A program made the translations under genes and the position numbers. A stretch of DNA of 64,000 nt. Origin: Deltaproteobacteria bacterium. Lineage in GTDB: Bacteria; Myxococcota; Kuafuiibacteriia; Kuafuiibacteriales; Kuafuiibacteriaceae. Shown here one piece after another: positions 59,989 to 64,000 of this stretch. Each line of letters opens with the position of its first letter. The first letter of the stretch is position 1. The notes beneath the pieces were generated by a model that saw nothing but the letters and a program-made list of their open reading frames with translations, searched no databases and was not told the DNA's origin. Location of the stretch: positions 320,001 through 384,000 of the forward strand of contig JAVJQW010000057.1 in assembly GCA_040218735.1 (NCBI GenBank), read 5' to 3'.

Positions 59989-61740
59989 TCAGTCGGACGA
60001 ATCCGGACGTTGGGACGGCGCCGGCTCGAGTCTCGCCGAAGGGTCGTACGGGAACACGTCGAGCAGCTCCCCGGCCGCGACCTGCTCCTGCGTCTGCTGC
60101 CAGAAGGGGACGTCGAACAGATCGCCGTGGTGCTCGCGCATGACCTCGCGCAGTCGCTCCGTCCGCCAGAGGAACCGCGCGAACTCCTGCGGGAAGACGT
60201 CGTTCTCTCCCACGAAGAACCAAGGCTCGCTCGCCATCTCCTCGTCATCGTCCGCCGGCTCCGGCAGGCGCCGGAACTGCACCTGATTCAGCGGGCACAG
60301 CTCGTCGTAGTCGTAGAAGACGACGCGGCCGTGGCGCGTCACGCCGAAGTTCTTCACCAGGAGGTCACCCGGGAAGATGTTCGCCTTCGCGAGGTCCTTG
60401 ATCGCGTGGCCGTAGTCGATCACGGCCCGCTCCGCGCGCTCCGCGTTGACCTCCTCGACGTACAGGTTCAGCGGGTTCAGGCGGCGCTCCGTGTAGAGGT
60501 GATCGATGACGACCTTGTCGCCTCGAACGTGCACCGTCTGCCCCGCCTTCTCGAGCAGCTCGTCGAGGAGCTCCGGCTCGAAGCGCTCCTTGTCGAACAC
60601 CAACGCCTCGAACTCCTGCGCATCGATCAAACGCCCGACGCGCTCGTGCGCGAACACCAGCCGGTAGGTGTCCTTCACATCTTCGCGTGACGCCGTCTTC
60701 GGCGCCTCGAACTTGTCCCGGATGATCTTGAACACCAGCTCCAGCGACGGGAGCATGAACACCGTCATCACCATGCCCTTCACCCCGGGCGCCGCACGGA
60801 ACTTGTCGGTGGTGTGCGCGAGGTGCCGGTGCAGCCCGCGGTACAGCACGGTCTTGCCGTGTTTGACGTAGCCCAGCGCGATGTACAGCTCCGCGATCGG
60901 CTTCACGGGGAGGATCGAGCGCAGGAACCCGATCAGCTCCGACGGACGCTCCGCGTCCACGAAGAAGTAGAACCGGGTGAAGCTGAAGACCTTGCTCGCC
61001 TCGTCCTCGGTGAGGAGCACGGCGTCCGCCCGCACGCCGCCCTCCTCGTTCACCAGCGGGAGCACGAACGGGAGCGCCCGGTTCGCGCGACGCACCCGGC
61101 CGACGAGGTACGCCCCCTTGTTCCGGAAGAAGACGGGCTTCGCGACCTCGATCGCGTCGAACTCGGCGTGCAGCCACGCCTTCGTCAGGTGCCGGTCGAT
61201 CACCGCCGCCACGCGCAGCGCACACCGCGCCGCGTCCTGGTACGGCACCGCGAACGCGTAGGCGTCGAGGATGTCCCCCACCACCTGCTTCGTGTCCTGG
61301 GTGCGAAAGAAGCTCTGATAGATCGGCGTCTCGTCGCCGGAGGGGAGGATCTCGTTGTCGAACCAGACGAACTCGATCTCGGTGTCCACCCCCGAGGTCC
61401 TGAACAACGCACGCGTGACGGAGTTGAAGAACGTCTCCGCGAGCTCCTCGTCACTGCGGTAGGCGATGCGCTTCGAGTACGCGATCTTCACCTGCTCCCA
61501 GAGCGCGCGGTCGAGCACGTCGTCCTGCAGGATGGCGCGCGCCTCCTGCTTCATCCGCTCCTTGACCTTCGCGTAGATGCCGAGCCGTTCGACCGCCCCG
61601 GCCTGCGCCGCCTTCCAGTCTCGGGTCTCGAACCACACCCGCGCCTTGCGCGTGATCGCCCGGTGCTCGGCCCGCATGCTGTCGAGCACCGTGATGATCG
61701 TGCTCGTTATCTGTTGGACGCGCGGATCCGACCCCGTCAT
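59989..61740 (-). CDS. aceK: Isocitrate dehydrogenase kinase/phosphatase
   Basis: AETFFNSV, RNKGAY, APGVKGMVM, FKIIRD, NIFPGDLL.KNFGVTRHGRVVFYDYDE and DVFP motifs. Confidence 0.97.
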   Translation of the reverse strand: MTGSDPRVQQITSTIITVLDSMRAEHRAITRKARVWFETRDWKAAQAGAVERLGIYAKVKERMKQEARAILQDDVLDRALWEQVKIAYSKRIAYRSDEELAETFFNSVTRALFRTSGVDTEIEFVWFDNEILPSGDETPIYQSFFRTQDTKQVVGDILDAYAFAVPYQDAARCALRVAAVIDRHLTKAWLHAEFDAIEVAKPVFFRNKGAYLVGRVRRANRALPFVLPLVNEEGGVRADAVLLTEDEASKVFSFTRFYFFVDAERPSELIGFLRSILPVKPIAELYIALGYVKHGKTVLYRGLHRHLAHTTDKFRAAPGVKGMVMTVFMLPSLELVFKIIRDKFEAPKTASREDVKDTYRLVFAHERVGRLIDAQEFEALVFDKERFEPELLDELLEKAGQTVHVRGDKVVIDHLYTERRLNPLNLYVEEVNAERAERAVIDYGHAIKDLAKANIFPGDLLVKNFGVTRHGRVVFYDYDELCPLNQVQFRRLPEPADDDEEMASEPWFFVGENDVFPQEFARFLWRTERLREVMREHHGDLFDVPFWQQTQEQVAAGELLDVFPYDPSARLEPAPSQRPDSSD

Positions 61741-61752
61741 GCGACGCAGAGT

Positions 61753-62367
61753 TCAACACCCAATGCCGCACGCGTACAACGTCAGCTGGTAGTCGACCGT
61801 GCACTGGCCTCGCGCCCCCGCCCGCTCGAGCTTGTGCTGCACGTTGCTGCGCAGGATCCCCGACTCGGGGTCCGACGTCTCGATCTGCACGACCACCAAC
61901 ACAAACGTCATGCCGTTGGACGCCGGCTCGTCGACGGCGGCCGCTCCGGTGAACACCGTCGGCCGCCGCGTCTCTCGCGTCAGCACGAGCGGGTCCGCGG
62001 TGAAGTTCGCGCGCGTGTCGAGCCCACTCAGCGCCAGGTAGTCCTGCGCCATGGCGAGCTCGGTGTATCCATCCGCGAGCCCCGCCGTCGCCGCCGTCCG
62101 CATGCCCAGCGGGTCGGCGAGGTCCTCGAGATCGTCCGTGCAGATCACCCGCGCCGGGTTGCTCTGGAACACGAGCTGATACCGCCCCACGAGCTCGGGC
62201 GGACCGCCGTCGACGTCGCCACCGTCGCGCTCCTCGTCGAAACCACCGTCGCGGCCCCCGTCGTAGTCGACGGAGCCGTCGGGCGCGACGAGGTCACCGA
62301 GGAAGACCGTGTCCCCGCACGCGGCGAGCGCGAACGCCAAGGCGAGCGCCGGGGAGCGGGGGGTCAT
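61753..62367 (-). CDS. Hypothetical lipoprotein with DGG linker
   Basis: Lipobox LAAC; DGG units; ATGA overlap with the upstream gene. Confidence 0.75.
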   Translation of the reverse strand: MTPRSPALALAFALAACGDTVFLGDLVAPDGSVDYDGGRDGGFDEERDGGDVDGGPPELVGRYQLVFQSNPARVICTDDLEDLADPLGMRTAATAGLADGYTELAMAQDYLALSGLDTRANFTADPLVLTRETRRPTVFTGAAAVDEPASNGMTFVLVVVQIETSDPESGILRSNVQHKLERAGARGQCTVDYQLTLYACGIGC

Positions 62368-63029
62368 TCGAGGAGCGTACCAAACCCTGCGGCGTGTGAG
62401 CTCTCGGGGTACCGCGCGACGAACGCACGCGCGGCGTCCTTCGCTTCGGCCGTTCGGCCTGCGTCGCGGAGCACACCCACGCGGAGCGCGTCCGCCTCCT
62501 CGCGCAGCATCCCGGACGGGAATCGACGCCCGTAGGTCGAGAGCAGACGCAGCGCACGATCGTGGCGGCCAGCGGCATGCGCCGCGCGCGCCGAATCGAT
62601 CGACTGCACCTCGGCCTCCAGCCCCTGAGGTCGCTTCTTCGCGACCGGCGCGGGGCGCTTCGCCGGCTCGACCGCCGGGGGCGCCTCGATCGTCTCGGGG
62701 AGCTCGATCGTCAGGACCTCGGCGGGCTCCGGCTCCGGCTCCACCGCGGGGACTTCGATCGCCGGTGGCGGCGCCGGTTCGGGCGACTTCGTCAGCACCA
62801 CGCCGACGGCGACCGACGTGCCGAGCGCCGCGACGATCGCGAGCTTCGTGCCGAGGGCCATCGACCCGGCGGCCGCAGCCGACACGGGGGCCGCCGCGAC
62901 GCCCAAGCCGATGGCGACGCGCGCGGCGCGGCGCGCGCCGTCGCTGGGGACGTCGACGTCCGACGAGGACAGGAGCTGCTTGGACACTTCGTCCTCGCCA
63001 TCGATCAGACGGGAAAACTCGTCGGTCAT
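62364..63029 (-). CDS. Putative anti-sigma factor with TM helix and C-terminal TPR-like domain
   Basis: Coupled to the ECF gene; TM helix and Pro-rich linker; LEAE...ID.AR...FPSG.LREEA...F..RYPES. Confidence 0.8.
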   Translation of the reverse strand: MTDEFSRLIDGEDEVSKQLLSSSDVDVPSDGARRAARVAIGLGVAAAPVSAAAAGSMALGTKLAIVAALGTSVAVGVVLTKSPEPAPPPAIEVPAVEPEPEPAEVLTIELPETIEAPPAVEPAKRPAPVAKKRPQGLEAEVQSIDSARAAHAAGRHDRALRLLSTYGRRFPSGMLREEADALRVGVLRDAGRTAEAKDAARAFVARYPESSHAAGFGTLLE

Positions 63030-63577
63030 ACGGCCTCCGTGCGGACGAGCGCGGCGCGCAGGCGGTCGACCTGTCGCTGATAGTGTTCCCGGGCGCGGCG
63101 CAGCCGCGAGGCGACCGTGCCGCTGGGCAGGTCGAGATCCTCGGCGATCGCAGCCATCGTCATCCCCTCGAGCTCGAACAGCACGAAGACGGCGCGTTGC
63201 TCGTCCGACATGCCGTCGAGCACCTGATCGAGGAGCTCACGGGCTCGGCGTCGGTCCGAGAGCACGTCCGCCGCGGGGTGGGGGTCGGTGATGTCGTCGA
63301 GCGCGTCTTCCGAGCCGGCGGGGCGACGCGCGCGGGCGCGACGTGCGTCGGCGGCGACGCGGTACGCGGTGCTGAACAAGAACGCACGTTCCTTGCCGTC
63401 CTCGATGTCCTCGAGCCGCCGCGCTGCGACGATGAAGACCTCCTGGGCGGCGTCATCGACGTCATGGGTGCGAACGCCGAACCGGCGCAAGGACCGCCAA
63501 ACGAGGTCGTAGTGCTGATCGAACATGTCTTTCAGCCGCGCGCTGGTCGCCTTACACGCCCCCCCAGTCGGCGCCAC
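63026..63577 (-). CDS. ECF RNA polymerase sigma factor
   Basis: VWRSLRRFG...DDAAQEVF (region 2); RAVFVLFELEG...IA...GTVASRLRRAR (region 4). Start at 63577 or 63526. Confidence 0.94.
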   Translation of the reverse strand: MAPTGGACKATSARLKDMFDQHYDLVWRSLRRFGVRTHDVDDAAQEVFIVAARRLEDIEDGKERAFLFSTAYRVAADARRARARRPAGSEDALDDITDPHPAADVLSDRRRARELLDQVLDGMSDEQRAVFVLFELEGMTMAAIAEDLDLPSGTVASRLRRAREHYQRQVDRLRAALVRTEAV

Positions 63578-63624
63578 GCTCCGACGTACCTCCCCCTGTG
63601 AATGGTCCCAGGGGGCCGACTTGA

Positions 63625-64000
63625 TCACCAAAAGATCACTCCCACCCCGGATTGTAACGCACCGGACACCGCGGAGGCGCGGTGGAGGGTCGTGTCGGGC
63701 CGCGCCGCGAACCGATCGCGCACGAGCACGACCTCGACCCGGAGCGCCGCCTCGACGAACACCCACGGCGACAGGAACCACTGACCGCGCGCGCGCGCGC
63801 CGACGGACGCGAACCCCCGCCCCACGTCCTGCGCCGCGGCCAAACCCGCGCCCGCCGCGAACAGCGCGCCCACCGTCGCGGCACCGCAGGGCTCGAGCTT
63901 CCACGCCCCCGAGGCGTAGGACCACGGGCACACCTCGATCCCCAAACCCACCGCGGTGAACCGCGCGAGGTCATCCGCGGTCGACCGACGACCCCAACGC
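63625..64000 (-). CDS. C-terminal part of a probable outer-membrane protein (runs off window end)
   Basis: Amphipathic beta-strands ending in GVGVIFW; lies upstream of the ECF gene. Confidence 0.6.
   Translation of the reverse strand, partial: RWGRRSTADDLARFTAVGLGIEVCPWSYASGAWKLEPCGAATVGALFAAGAGLAAAQDVGRGFASVGARARGQWFLSPWVFVEAALRVEVVLVRDRFAARPDTTLHRASAVSGALQSGVGVIFW

Overview
High-GC bacterial DNA, almost certainly from a Myxococcota-type deltaproteobacterium: it has a MYXO-CTERM sorting signal, eukaryote-like Ser/Thr kinases with PEGA tails, many lipoproteins with DGG/DAG linkers and an ECF sigma/anti-sigma pair. About 50 real CDSs are present. Most other long ORFs in the track are antisense or alternative-frame shadows. 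Recognisable genes are glgC, purE-purK, pcm, amrB, rpiA, malQ and aceK, plus a split Opp/Dpp-type ABC transporter, two glycoside hydrolases, two histidine kinases and several secreted enzymes. The most unusual region is 32058-33694. It holds two diverged, head-to-head, truncated copies of an HNH-endonuclease element whose homology continues for about 300 nt past the HNH domain, followed directly by three 79-bp tandem repeats with two hairpins each. No rRNA, tRNA or CRISPR array was recognised. All calls are from reading motifs by eye, with no database searches.
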